Shown here one piece after another: positions 26,985 to 34,996 of a stretch of DNA of 47,559 bases. The notes under the pieces were generated by a model, which was not told where the DNA came from, did no database searches, and saw only the letters and a program-made list of their open reading frames with translations. Origin of the DNA: Gemmatimonadales bacterium (lineage in GTDB: Bacteria; Gemmatimonadota; Gemmatimonadetes; Gemmatimonadales; GWC2-71-9); contig DATFVZ010000181.1 of NCBI GenBank assembly GCA_035259785.1, positions 1-47,559 on the forward strand, written 5' to 3'. The translations under genes and the position numbers were made by a program. Position 1 is the first letter of the stretch. Every line of letters starts with the position of its first letter.

Positions 26985-28221
26985 TCTCCTCTCGGCTCCG
27001 CCGCAGCGCGAGGCCTCCCCCCAGAATAGTGATTGTCAGGACGGCCGTCGACAGCGCGATCGCGAACTCCACCCCACGCCAGGTCCACAACAGGCCGAAG
27101 AGGATCGAGCCGGTCAAGCGCGCCAGACTCGTGCCCGTCGTCAGCAGCGCCATGCCGCTGGCGCGCTGCTCGGTGGGCAGGACGGCACCCGCCAACGCCA
27201 TCAGGACGCCATCGGTGGCCGCATAATAAGCCCCCAGCAGAGCCAGATCGAGGATCGCCGGTACCGCCGCCGTCCACGGCACCAGGAGCGACACGTAGAC
27301 GGCGAGCAGCATTGCGTAACCGCCGATGAACACGCGCCCGCGTCCGACGCGATCGGCCAGGCGGCCCATAGGGACGGCAAGCAGCATGAAGATCGCCGCG
27401 GTGGCGACGTACAGGAGCGGGAAGAATTGCGGAGCGAATTGGACGCGACGTTGCAAAGTGACGTATAGAAACCCGTCGCTAATCGTCGCGAGACTCAGCG
27501 CCGTTCCAACAATCAGAAGCCGAGTCACGCCGGGCAGCTGCAGCAGCCGCCCGGCAGTTTTAAAGGAAAGGGATTGTGGCTCACCGGTGGCTACGGAAGC
27601 GGCCGGCGGGTTCTGAACGAACAGGGTGAGGAAGCCCAGACCGATCACCGCGGCGCAGAGGCTGATCACGAATACGGCATCGTACGCTCCGGGGGCAAGC
27701 GCCAGGACGCCAAAGCCAATCACCGGACCAATCATCGCCCCTGCCGTGTCGAGCGCGCGGTGCACGCCGAACGCCGTGCCCAGCTCCTCGGGCGGGCTGT
27801 TGAACGAGATCAGCGCGTCGCGGGGAGCAGTGCGGATGCCCTTGCCGAGCCGGTCTACCATCACAACGCCCGCGAGCAACGTCCAGACGTTCCCCACGAC
27901 CAGGAGGCCTAGCCGGGCGACGGCGGATAGCCCGTACCCGGCGACTGCGACCTCCTTGTACCGGCGCGACCGGTCCGCCGCGAAGCCGCCAAAGATCCGC
28001 ACGAGGGCTGCAGCCCCCTGATAGAGCCCGTCGATCACGCCGAACGCCGCCGGCGCGAGGTGCAGATCGAAGAGCAGGTACAGGGGGAGGATTGTGGCGA
28101 CCATCTCCGACGAGATATCGGTGAACAGGCTGGTGAGTCCCAACATCACCACCGTCCGGCTCACCGTGGGCAGCCAGCGCCTGGCTTTCAGAAGCTGGCT
28201 GGAGTTCTCGATCTGGTACAA
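26959..28221 (-). CDS. MFS transporter (start uncertain)
   Basis: Track ORF reaches 28413, but its first ~60 aa are Arg/Gly-rich. TTG at 28219-28221 follows GAGGAGG with good spacing and gives MYQIENSSQLLKARRWLPTVSRTVVMLGLTSLFTDISSEMV.... Twelve hydrophobic helices. GTG at 28243-28245 is an alternative start. Confidence 0.8.
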   Translation of the reverse strand: MYQIENSSQLLKARRWLPTVSRTVVMLGLTSLFTDISSEMVATILPLYLLFDLHLAPAAFGVIDGLYQGAAALVRIFGGFAADRSRRYKEVAVAGYGLSAVARLGLLVVGNVWTLLAGVVMVDRLGKGIRTAPRDALISFNSPPEELGTAFGVHRALDTAGAMIGPVIGFGVLALAPGAYDAVFVISLCAAVIGLGFLTLFVQNPPAASVATGEPQSLSFKTAGRLLQLPGVTRLLIVGTALSLATISDGFLYVTLQRRVQFAPQFFPLLYVATAAIFMLLAVPMGRLADRVGRGRVFIGGYAMLLAVYVSLLVPWTAAVPAILDLALLGAYYAATDGVLMALAGAVLPTEQRASGMALLTTGTSLARLTGSILFGLLWTWRGVEFAIALSTAVLTITILGGGLALRRSREESDGRTATS

Positions 28222-28450
28222 AGAGGGTCCTCCTCGGTCGCTCACGATAATGGTGCGCCGAGCGCGACGCCACGTGTTTAGAGGCCCGCTGGTGAGCGGC
28301 TCGCCCGAAACGCCGTTCCCGCCGAACTGGCAGCCGCCGTGCCGCAGGTGCCACCGTCCCGTCGACCGGTTCGGTGCGAACTCGCGCCCTGGGCTCAGTC
28401 GGGGGTGACACACTGGCGGCGAGGCGTCTCCGTCGCCAGTTTGAACGCTC

Positions 28451-29455
28451 GTGAAAACCTCTAATGTCGAATTCGCGTTCTCGGCGGAGCCCGAGCCTCA
28501 CCGCCTGAGAACAAAGCAGCTCTTAAGTCGCCATCCTGAAATCCGCAACCTGATCGGCTCCAACCCGGTCACGTTTTGGTGGACCGTCGGCATCGTTGGT
28601 CTGCAGATCGCGGTTGCGGCGGTTGTGGCGGGACTACCGTGGTGGGTCGCGGTCGTAGCCGCGTACACGGTCGGCGCGTTCGCGGACCATGCCCTGTTCG
28701 TGATCATCCATGAGACGGCGCACCGGCTGGTCTTCAAGCGGAAGGTTCCGAACATCCTGACCGCGCTGCTGGCCAACCTGCCGCAGCTGTTTCCCGGCGC
28801 GCTGTCGTTCTCCAAGTACCATCTCAAGCACCACGCCTTTCAGGGCGTGTACGAGCTCGACGGTGACCTTCCGTTTCGATGGGAGGCCCGGCTCGTCGGG
28901 CGGTCTGTGCTCGGCAAGGCACTCTGGCTACTCCTGTTCCCGATCTTCCAGGCGATCCGCCCGTGGCGGGTGAAAGAGGTTCCGTTGTGGGATCGGTGGA
29001 CGGTCGTCAATCTCCTGGTGCAGGTGGCGTTCACCGCGGCCGTATGGGTGGTCCTCGGACCGAAAGCGATCCTGTACCTCGGCCTCTCGCTGTTCTTCTC
29101 AATCGGGCTGCATCCGCTTGGCGCGCGCTGGATCCAGCGACACTACCTCACCGAGGACGGCGACCAGGAGACGTTCAGCTATTACGGCCCGCTCAACCGG
29201 CTCGCGTTCAACGTGGGCTACCACAACGAGCATCACGACTTCCCATCCGTGCCGTGGAACAAGCTGCCGCAGATCCGAGCCGCCGCTCCCGAGGTCTATG
29301 CGTCGCTATCGGCCCATCAATCCTGGGGGCGTTTGTTACTGCGGTTTCTGTTCGATCGCAATATCACGCTGTTTTCCCGCATTGTGCGCAACGATCGCAA
29401 CCACGTCGCGCTCGACGACGCGGTCAAGCCGGATGTCGAGGCGCTGACTCGGTAA
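28451..29455 (+). CDS. Sphingolipid delta4-desaturase (DES1/DEGS)-like fatty acid desaturase family protein
   Basis: GTG start. Three His boxes HETAHRL, HLKHHAF and GYHNEHHDFPSVPW, plus an N-terminal EPHRLRTKQLLSRHPEIRNL segment resembling the lipid-DES domain. Confidence 0.85.
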   Translation: MKTSNVEFAFSAEPEPHRLRTKQLLSRHPEIRNLIGSNPVTFWWTVGIVGLQIAVAAVVAGLPWWVAVVAAYTVGAFADHALFVIIHETAHRLVFKRKVPNILTALLANLPQLFPGALSFSKYHLKHHAFQGVYELDGDLPFRWEARLVGRSVLGKALWLLLFPIFQAIRPWRVKEVPLWDRWTVVNLLVQVAFTAAVWVVLGPKAILYLGLSLFFSIGLHPLGARWIQRHYLTEDGDQETFSYYGPLNRLAFNVGYHNEHHDFPSVPWNKLPQIRAAAPEVYASLSAHQSWGRLLLRFLFDRNITLFSRIVRNDRNHVALDDAVKPDVEALTR

Positions 29456-29690
29456 TTAGCTCCTCGAGCTTCGGGTACTCCAACGGCTTCACCAAATGCG
29501 CTTTGAAACCGGCTGCGCGCGCCCGCTCGCGATCATTTTCCTGTCCCCAGCCGGTCACCGCGACGATGGCCATTTGAGCGGCCCATGGCTGCTCGCGAAG
29601 GTGGCGGCAGACGTCGTACCCGTTTAGTCTCGGCAAGCCGATGTCGAGGAGCATCCTCCCATATTGCTCCGACAGGAGCAGCGGCCACAT
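29424..29690 (-). pseudogene. Remnant of a response-regulator receiver domain (C-terminal two-thirds only)
   Basis: MLLDIGLPRLNGYDVCRHLRE...IVAVTGWGQENDRERARAAGFKAHLVKP covers the receiver from the phospho-acceptor Asp onward. The N-terminal beta1-alpha1 with the acidic pair is missing, and that space is occupied by the PadR gene start. The ORF tail overlaps the desaturase 3' end. Confidence 0.5.
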
Positions 29691-29720
29691 ACTTCCCTTG
29701 TGCTTCTACAGGAGAAGGGC

Positions 29721-30050
29721 GTGGCGCAACGAACGGACGTTCTGCAAGGAACGCTCGAGCTGCTGATTCTCAAAGCGCTGGCCACCGCGCCGATGCATGG
29801 CTGGGGCATCAGCGCTCGCATTCGCCAGCTGTCGCGCAAGGTCTTTCAGGTGGGGCAGGGGTCTCTGTATCCGGCACTGCACCGATTCGAGCAGCGCGGG
29901 TGGGTCATGTCCTACTGGCGCACGACGGAGCACAACCGCATCGCGCGCTACTACGGGCTTACCCCGGTAGGGCAGCGGGCACTGCGAGACGCGATCGCGC
30001 GCTGGCGTGGCTACGCCGAAGCCATGGCCCGCGTGATCGCCGCGGATTAG
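29721..30050 (+). CDS. PadR family transcriptional regulator
   Basis: I start at GTG 29721 (GGAGAAGGG upstream). VLQGTLELLILKALATAPMHGWGISARIRQLS...GSLYPALHRFEQRGWV is the PadR winged-helix signature. Confidence 0.85.
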   Translation: MAQRTDVLQGTLELLILKALATAPMHGWGISARIRQLSRKVFQVGQGSLYPALHRFEQRGWVMSYWRTTEHNRIARYYGLTPVGQRALRDAIARWRGYAEAMARVIAAD

Positions 30051-30233
30051 CTACTTGCGGATGATTCTGCTCTGATTGGCGAGAATCTTCTTTTGATTCC
30101 TGATGATCGCCTGCTGGTTGCGGATGATCTTGGTCTCGTTGTCGAGAATTTTGAGCAGTCGGCGCTGGTTGAAGAGGATCTTCTTCTGGTTTGCGATAAT
30201 CCGCTCCTGGTTCCTGGATGTCGCCGCGGCCAT
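30051..30233 (-). CDS. 60-aa heptad-repeat protein (I/L-I/L-x-N-Q-x-x repeated 6-7 times), predicted coiled coil
   Basis: The ORF abuts the PadR stop with zero spacing. AT-rich amino-acid usage (I, K, N) but GC-rich third codon positions, which argues for real coding in this frame. AAGGACAGGGA lies upstream of the ATG. Confidence 0.5.
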   Translation of the reverse strand: MAAATSRNQERIIANQKKILFNQRRLLKILDNETKIIRNQQAIIRNQKKILANQSRIIRK

Positions 30234-30465
30234 GTCCCTGTCCTTGTTGTGGAAGCAACGATGATAGGACCACTTGCACTGCGACGCAACTTACTTCTGT
30301 CGAAGTAACAAGGGAACGGACGAACCCTTGCGCATTGACGACTGAGTGGTATCATCCCTCCGTTCGGTGGGGGGTGGCGTTGCCACATCATCCATTGGCG
30401 GATGGAGACTGCGACACGTCATCCCCCCCGTACCCAGCCAGCGGGGCCAGTCCCAAGGAGGCTTG

Positions 30466-30603
30466 ATGAAGCGCGGGTTCACGGCGCTCGCCATCGCCGT
30501 CGTCACAGTCTTGGTCCTCGTTCTTGCCTATCGCTTTACCACGCCAGGGAAGCGGCCCATCGAACCGGACGTGCTGCAAGTCGGCGCGCTGCCGGTCACC
30601 TGA
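30466..30603 (+). CDS. Signal-anchor N-terminal piece of the ABC substrate-binding protein, ending at an in-frame TGA
   Basis: ATG at 30466 has a perfect AAGGAGG 5 nt upstream. It reads MKRGFTALAIAVVTVLVLVLAYRF...LQVGALPVT then TGA (30601-30603). This is the same frame as 30628..31572. Confidence 0.5.
   Translation: MKRGFTALAIAVVTVLVLVLAYRFTTPGKRPIEPDVLQVGALPVT
30601..30603 (+). other. In-frame TGA between the signal peptide and mature domain of the binding protein (nonsense mutation, recoding or selenocysteine candidate)
   Basis: 30628 minus 30604 is 24 nt, so the frame is continuous: ...ALPVT-TGA-NLTLPVACMAMRAAADGG.... A 6-bp hairpin GUCGCC-UGUAU-GGCGAU lies at 30618-30634. Confidence 0.6.
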
Positions 30604-30627
30604 AACCTCACACTCCCAGTCGCCTGT

Positions 30628-31572
30628 ATGGCGATGCGCGCAGCGGCAGACGGGGGGGGGCCGGGGGGGCCCGGCATGACCATGGCGAGCATGAGCATGG
30701 CGGATATGGACGGCGTGGAGGTTGTGACCGCCGACGGGGAAAAGCTCGCCGTCTTTCACAAGTTCAGTGGGTGGCCGGAGCTCAAAGAAGCCGTGATGTC
30801 GGGACGGGTGAAGGCTGCCTATCTCCTGGCCCCGATGGTGATGGACCTCGCCGACCACGACGTGCCGGTAAAGATCGTCGCGCTCGGCCATCGCTCGGGC
30901 GCCGTGATCATGACGTCGTCGAAGTCAGCGGCGCGCAATCTGGGGGACCTGCGCGGCAAGCGCATCGCGATTCCGAGCCGCTTCGCCGTCGACAACATCT
31001 TCGTCCATCGCCTGATGAAGAAGTACGGGCTCACGGACCGCGACGTGACGCTCGTCGAGATGGCGCCACCGGACATGCCGGCGGCGCTGTATGCCGGGGC
31101 GATCGATGCCTATGCGACGGGCGAGCCCTTCGGCGCCCTGGCCCAACGCCAGGGATACGCGCGCGTGCTGCACATGACGCGGGACGAGTGGCCCGAGTAC
31201 ATCTGCTGTGTGCTCGCGGTGCGGCAGGAGTTGATCGACAACGAGCGCGCCACGGTGCAGCGATTGGTCGATCACGTCCTCGCGGCCGGGGAGTGGCTCG
31301 AGAGCGACACAACGCACCGTCACCTGGCCGCCGATCTCGCGGCACGGCGCGAGTTCTTCAATCAGGACTCCGCGCTCATCCGCTTCGTCATGGACAACCC
31401 GAAGGACCGCGTCACGTATGGCGACCTGCGGCTCGTCCGCGCTGAATTCGACGAGCTGATGCAGCTCGCGGTCGACGGGAAAATCCTGACGCGGCCGGTG
31501 GCGTACGAGAAGTACGTAGATGACAGCTTCGTACGCGCCTATCGGCCAAAGCGTATCCAGATTGCCAAGTAG
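30628..31572 (+). CDS. ABC transporter substrate-binding protein, NitT/TauT (NMT1/NrtA-SsuA-like) family, mature domain
   Basis: 314-aa ORF containing GWPELKEAVMSGRVKAAYLLAPMVMDL...LGHRSGAVIM...LRGKRIAIPSRFAVDNIFVHRLMKKYGL...AIDAYATGEPF. No SD and no signal peptide of its own. Confidence 0.8.
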   Translation: MAMRAAADGGGPGGPGMTMASMSMADMDGVEVVTADGEKLAVFHKFSGWPELKEAVMSGRVKAAYLLAPMVMDLADHDVPVKIVALGHRSGAVIMTSSKSAARNLGDLRGKRIAIPSRFAVDNIFVHRLMKKYGLTDRDVTLVEMAPPDMPAALYAGAIDAYATGEPFGALAQRQGYARVLHMTRDEWPEYICCVLAVRQELIDNERATVQRLVDHVLAAGEWLESDTTHRHLAADLAARREFFNQDSALIRFVMDNPKDRVTYGDLRLVRAEFDELMQLAVDGKILTRPVAYEKYVDDSFVRAYRPKRIQIAK

Positions 31573-32320
31573 GGCTTCGCGCGCCGCGCCGCTGCTCGTC
31601 GTCGCCGTCCTGCTCTTCGCGTGGTGGGGCGCCATTCGGCTGAGCGGGACGCACATCTTCCCCGGTCCCTGGGACGTGGTGCTCGGCACCGTCGCGCTCG
31701 CGCGCGAGGGCGTGCTGGCCCGTCATATCGCCGCATCGCTGATGCGCGTTGCGGTCGGATACCTGGGAGCCGTTGCCATCGCCGTCCCGCTGGGAATCGC
31801 GATGGGGTGGAACCGGTCGCTCCATCGGGCCCTCAATCCTGTGGTCCAGATGCTGCGCCCCATCTCGCCGATCGCGTGGATACCTCTCGCCATCCTGTGG
31901 TTTGGTGTGGGGAACGCCTCGCCCATCTTTCTCATCTTTCTCTCGTCGTTCTTCCCGATGGTGGTGGGCACGATCGCCGGCGTTCACGCCGTGGAACGTC
32001 AGTATTTGCGCGCCGCCGAGAACTTCGGCATCACCGGGATGAAGCTACTGCGATACGTCGTGCTGCCGGGAGCGATGGCGCAAATCGTCACGGGCATGCG
32101 CATCGGACTCGGCGTCGCATGGCTCGTTGTGGTGGCGGCCGAGATGGTGGCCATCGATTCCGGGCTCGGCTATTTGATCATTGACTCGCGGAATGCCGGG
32201 AACCGCTACGATCTCGTCGTCGCCGCGATGGTCATCATCGGTGTGATCGGTTTCGCGCTCGACCTCGTGATGCGTCGCATAGAGCGGATCGATTCCGTAC
32301 GGTGGCGCTATGTCCGTTGA
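31520..32320 (+). CDS. ABC transporter permease, NitT/TauT family
   Basis: 266 aa, six TM helices and EAA-type loop (YLRAAENFGITGMKLLRYVVLPGAMAQI). The start may instead be TTG 31562, because 31520 overlaps the binding-protein gene by 53 nt. Confidence 0.85.
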   Translation: MTASYAPIGQSVSRLPSRASRAAPLLVVAVLLFAWWGAIRLSGTHIFPGPWDVVLGTVALAREGVLARHIAASLMRVAVGYLGAVAIAVPLGIAMGWNRSLHRALNPVVQMLRPISPIAWIPLAILWFGVGNASPIFLIFLSSFFPMVVGTIAGVHAVERQYLRAAENFGITGMKLLRYVVLPGAMAQIVTGMRIGLGVAWLVVVAAEMVAIDSGLGYLIIDSRNAGNRYDLVVAAMVIIGVIGFALDLVMRRIERIDSVRWRYVR

Positions 32321-33062
32321 TCTCGCGGTGCGTGACGTCTGGAAGGCGTATCGCCTGGACCAGGGACGCGCGCTGGCCGTGCTGGAGGGACTCAACTTTA
32401 GCGTCGCCCAACACGAGCTGGTGGCGCTCGTCGGTCCGTCCGGGTGCGGCAAAACTACCTTGCTCGACCTGCTCGCCGGATTTCAGCGGCCCGACCGAGG
32501 GTCCATCTCGTTCGGTGGACGCCCGGTTGAGCGCCCGGACCGCCGGGGCATTCTCATCACACAAAAGGGATCGGTATTTCCGTGGATGTCGGCGTGGCGG
32601 AATCTCACCTTCGTGCTGAACGGCGTGCCCGAGCGCGACCGCGCCGATCGGGTCCGCTATTACTTGGAGCTGGTGGGCCTCCACGATTTTGTCGACGCGT
32701 TTCCCCATCAGCTCTCGGGCGGCATGCTCCAGCGTCTCGAGTTGGCACGAGCCCTCGTGGTCAGGCCCGAAGTGCTCTATATGGACGAGCCGTTCGGGTC
32801 GCTCGACGCGCTCACGCGGCTCCGCATGCGTCTCGAGTTCCTGCGCATCCGCCGGGACGAGCCTGAGACGACCGTGCTCGTCACGCATGATGTGGACGAA
32901 GCGATCGCGCTCGCTGATCGCATCTTTGTTCTCAGCGAGCGGCCCATGCGGATCATTCGGATCGTCGAGGTTCGGATGGAGCACCCGCGCTCGATGGCAG
33001 ATCCACGCGCCGTGGCGCTCAAGGACTCCATCCTGCACGAGCTGGGTGCGATCCGGGACTGA
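32310..33062 (+). CDS. ABC transporter ATP-binding protein, NitT/TauT family
   Basis: Walker A GPSGCGKTT, signature LSGGMLQRLELARAL, Walker B LYMDEPFGSLD, H-loop VTHDV. Confidence 0.95.
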   Translation: MSVDLAVRDVWKAYRLDQGRALAVLEGLNFSVAQHELVALVGPSGCGKTTLLDLLAGFQRPDRGSISFGGRPVERPDRRGILITQKGSVFPWMSAWRNLTFVLNGVPERDRADRVRYYLELVGLHDFVDAFPHQLSGGMLQRLELARALVVRPEVLYMDEPFGSLDALTRLRMRLEFLRIRRDEPETTVLVTHDVDEAIALADRIFVLSERPMRIIRIVEVRMEHPRSMADPRAVALKDSILHELGAIRD

Positions 33063-33070
33063 CGAGGTCC

Positions 33071-34606
33071 CTAGCCGAGTTTGAGCCTCAAATGATCCGA
33101 CAACCGCAACGTCAGAGCGACGAGCGTCAACGTCGGATTCACCGCGCCGGCGGTGGGGAAGACCGATGCCCCCGTGATCGAGAGGTTTGCCACGCCATGA
33201 AGCTGGCAGCTCGCATTGACCACGCCCCGTTTCGGATCGTCGTGCATCCGCGTCGTGCCCATGTGATGCCAGCCGCCGCTCAACGTCGACGGCCATGCCG
33301 GTTCGGTGTGAGTCACCCAGTCGAGCATCTGCACGCGACCCAGGCCACTGCGTCCGAATTCGCGGCCGAGCACGCCGTAGAATTCACGAAACGACCGCTT
33401 GTCGAGGTCGGTCAGTCGCCAATCGAGCTGTGCGCGCGGCATGCCGAGCGCGTCGCGCTCGGTGGTCAACGACACGCGCGAAAGCGGATTGGGGGCCTGC
33501 TCCTGGCGCGTCATGAGGTGATAGAACGGTGCCGGTGGCACCACGGTGGAGTCGGCCGATGGCGGCGGAGCTCCCTGCTCGGTCGAGTCGCGCATGGCGG
33601 CCAGAACTTGCGGGTTGAGCGACTGAAAGGTGCTCTTTGCCACTTCGTCCGCCGTGCCCGGTTCGAGCGAAACCGTGCCGTTCAGGATGCGACGGGCGCG
33701 CTGCACTCCGGCATGGAGGGCGAGCTCGCCCCTGGCCTTCGTCACCCCGAGTGTGAACGCATACATCTTCATGCCCGGTACGCGCGACGTTTCGAGCCCG
33801 AGATGACCGCTCGGGATCTCGAGATGCTCCATGAAAAACCGCCCGACGAGGTCGTGCGCGTTGCCGAGCCCGGCGGTGGCGCGGCGATTCGACGCCAGGA
33901 GCAGCCGCGCGTTCTGGATACTGCAGCAGGCCAGGACGTACTGGCGCGCGCGCACGCGGTGTTCCTTGCCGTCGTGGCCGCGCACGCGCAAGCCGTCGAC
34001 CGCAGTCAGCGCCTCGTTCGCCACGATCTCGCACACATTCGCGTGGGTGTAGAGCTGGACGTTCGGCGCACCGAAGATCGCATCGCGATACACCACGCCG
34101 AACCGGGTGGGAGGACTGAACTGCCACATCTTCGTCCATACCACAGTGGGGTCCAGCGGCAATGGGACGAGCCCGGGATCGCGACGTTGCCAGCGTGCCG
34201 CTGCGTAGTCGTACGGCCCCAACTGGAGTAACGGCTGCGCACGAGCGTAGAAGGGGTCGAGATCTTCGCGGCGCAGCGGCCAACCGCTGTAGGGGACCCA
34301 ATCCCGCTGTTCGAAATCGATCGCATCAAAGGTGGAACAGAATCCGGCCCAGTGACCGGTTGTGCCGCCGAACTGATGCAGCCGTGCCGCCTCGAGCGGG
34401 AAATACGGCAGCCCCACGATCTTGCCGCGATAGAGGTCCTGCATGGCGGGCTCATAGTCCAGTCCACCGCCTTCGAGCAGGAGCACCGTGTGCTTGGAGC
34501 CGATCCACTCGAGCGCCATCGCGATGCCTGCCGCGCCGGCGCCCACGATGCAGAGGTCGCCCTCGAGCAGACTGCCATTGGGGAGGCTCCGAGCGTCGAT
34601 ATGCAT
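33071..34606 (-). CDS. GMC family FAD-dependent oxidoreductase
   Basis: I start at ATG 34604-34606 (MHIDARSLPNGSLLEGDLCIVGAGAAGIAMA, Rossmann GxGxxG), 2 nt after the small-subunit stop. The C-terminal HHMGTTRM...VVNASCQLHGVANLSITGASVFPTAG.VNPTLT is the GMC C-terminal signature. The track extension to 34900 is Arg/Ala-rich and overlaps the small subunit. Confidence 0.85.
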   Translation of the reverse strand: MHIDARSLPNGSLLEGDLCIVGAGAAGIAMALEWIGSKHTVLLLEGGGLDYEPAMQDLYRGKIVGLPYFPLEAARLHQFGGTTGHWAGFCSTFDAIDFEQRDWVPYSGWPLRREDLDPFYARAQPLLQLGPYDYAAARWQRRDPGLVPLPLDPTVVWTKMWQFSPPTRFGVVYRDAIFGAPNVQLYTHANVCEIVANEALTAVDGLRVRGHDGKEHRVRARQYVLACCSIQNARLLLASNRRATAGLGNAHDLVGRFFMEHLEIPSGHLGLETSRVPGMKMYAFTLGVTKARGELALHAGVQRARRILNGTVSLEPGTADEVAKSTFQSLNPQVLAAMRDSTEQGAPPPSADSTVVPPAPFYHLMTRQEQAPNPLSRVSLTTERDALGMPRAQLDWRLTDLDKRSFREFYGVLGREFGRSGLGRVQMLDWVTHTEPAWPSTLSGGWHHMGTTRMHDDPKRGVVNASCQLHGVANLSITGASVFPTAGAVNPTLTLVALTLRLSDHLRLKLG

Positions 34607-34608
34607 CG

Positions 34609-34941
34609 CTATAGCATGGAAAACAGCGCGCACTGCCGCGCCTCGGTCACGGAGAGGATCCATCCGCGCAGCACCACGGTGCGGCCCGCTTCGAAATCCT
34701 GCTGGATGGTCGCCGCGATGGATCGATGCCACGGAGCGGGGAGCGTCGAGCGTAACAGGTCGCGATTGTCTTCTTGTGGTACGAGCGCGCGATACTGCAT
34801 GCCCAGCTCGCGGACTGCCTCGTGTCCCAGCAGCATGAGCAGCAGCGGCTGCGCCAGCACAGGCCAATCGGGCCCGCGAACCCCGTCGGCGGAAAGGCAC
34901 ACGAGGGCGCCGAGGGTTTGCAGGAAATCGCGACGTTCCAT
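34609..34941 (-). CDS. Small Tat-signal subunit associated with the GMC oxidoreductase
   Basis: 110 aa starting MERRDFLQTLGALV (twin-arginine motif), located immediately upstream of the GMC gene. Confidence 0.55.
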   Translation of the reverse strand: MERRDFLQTLGALVCLSADGVRGPDWPVLAQPLLLMLLGHEAVRELGMQYRALVPQEDNRDLLRSTLPAPWHRSIAATIQQDFEAGRTVVLRGWILSVTEARQCALFSML

Positions 34942-34996
34942 GTGCGGCGAATCTACGGAGGGCGCGAGAACCGGCTAGCGTGGGGAGCCGTGGACC

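Noticed and set aside
27581-28501. 306-aa minus-strand ORF overlapping the MFS gene in another frame
   Set aside because: It is an Arg/Pro-rich off-frame product, whereas the MFS frame shows twelve helices and family motifs.
30234-30465. Possible riboswitch (e.g. TPP) upstream of the NMT1-like binding-protein gene
   Set aside because: A few short hairpins exist, but I could not find the conserved CUGAGA / ACCUGAUCUGGAUAAUGCCAGCG-type cores of TPP or other riboswitch classes I know. This is left as ordinary divergent-promoter DNA.
33055-33071. Short hairpin GGGAC-N7-GTCCC spanning the two convergent stop codons (ABC ATPase and GMC oxidoreductase)
   Set aside because: It has only 5 bp and no flanking T-tract, which is too weak to call a bidirectional terminator.
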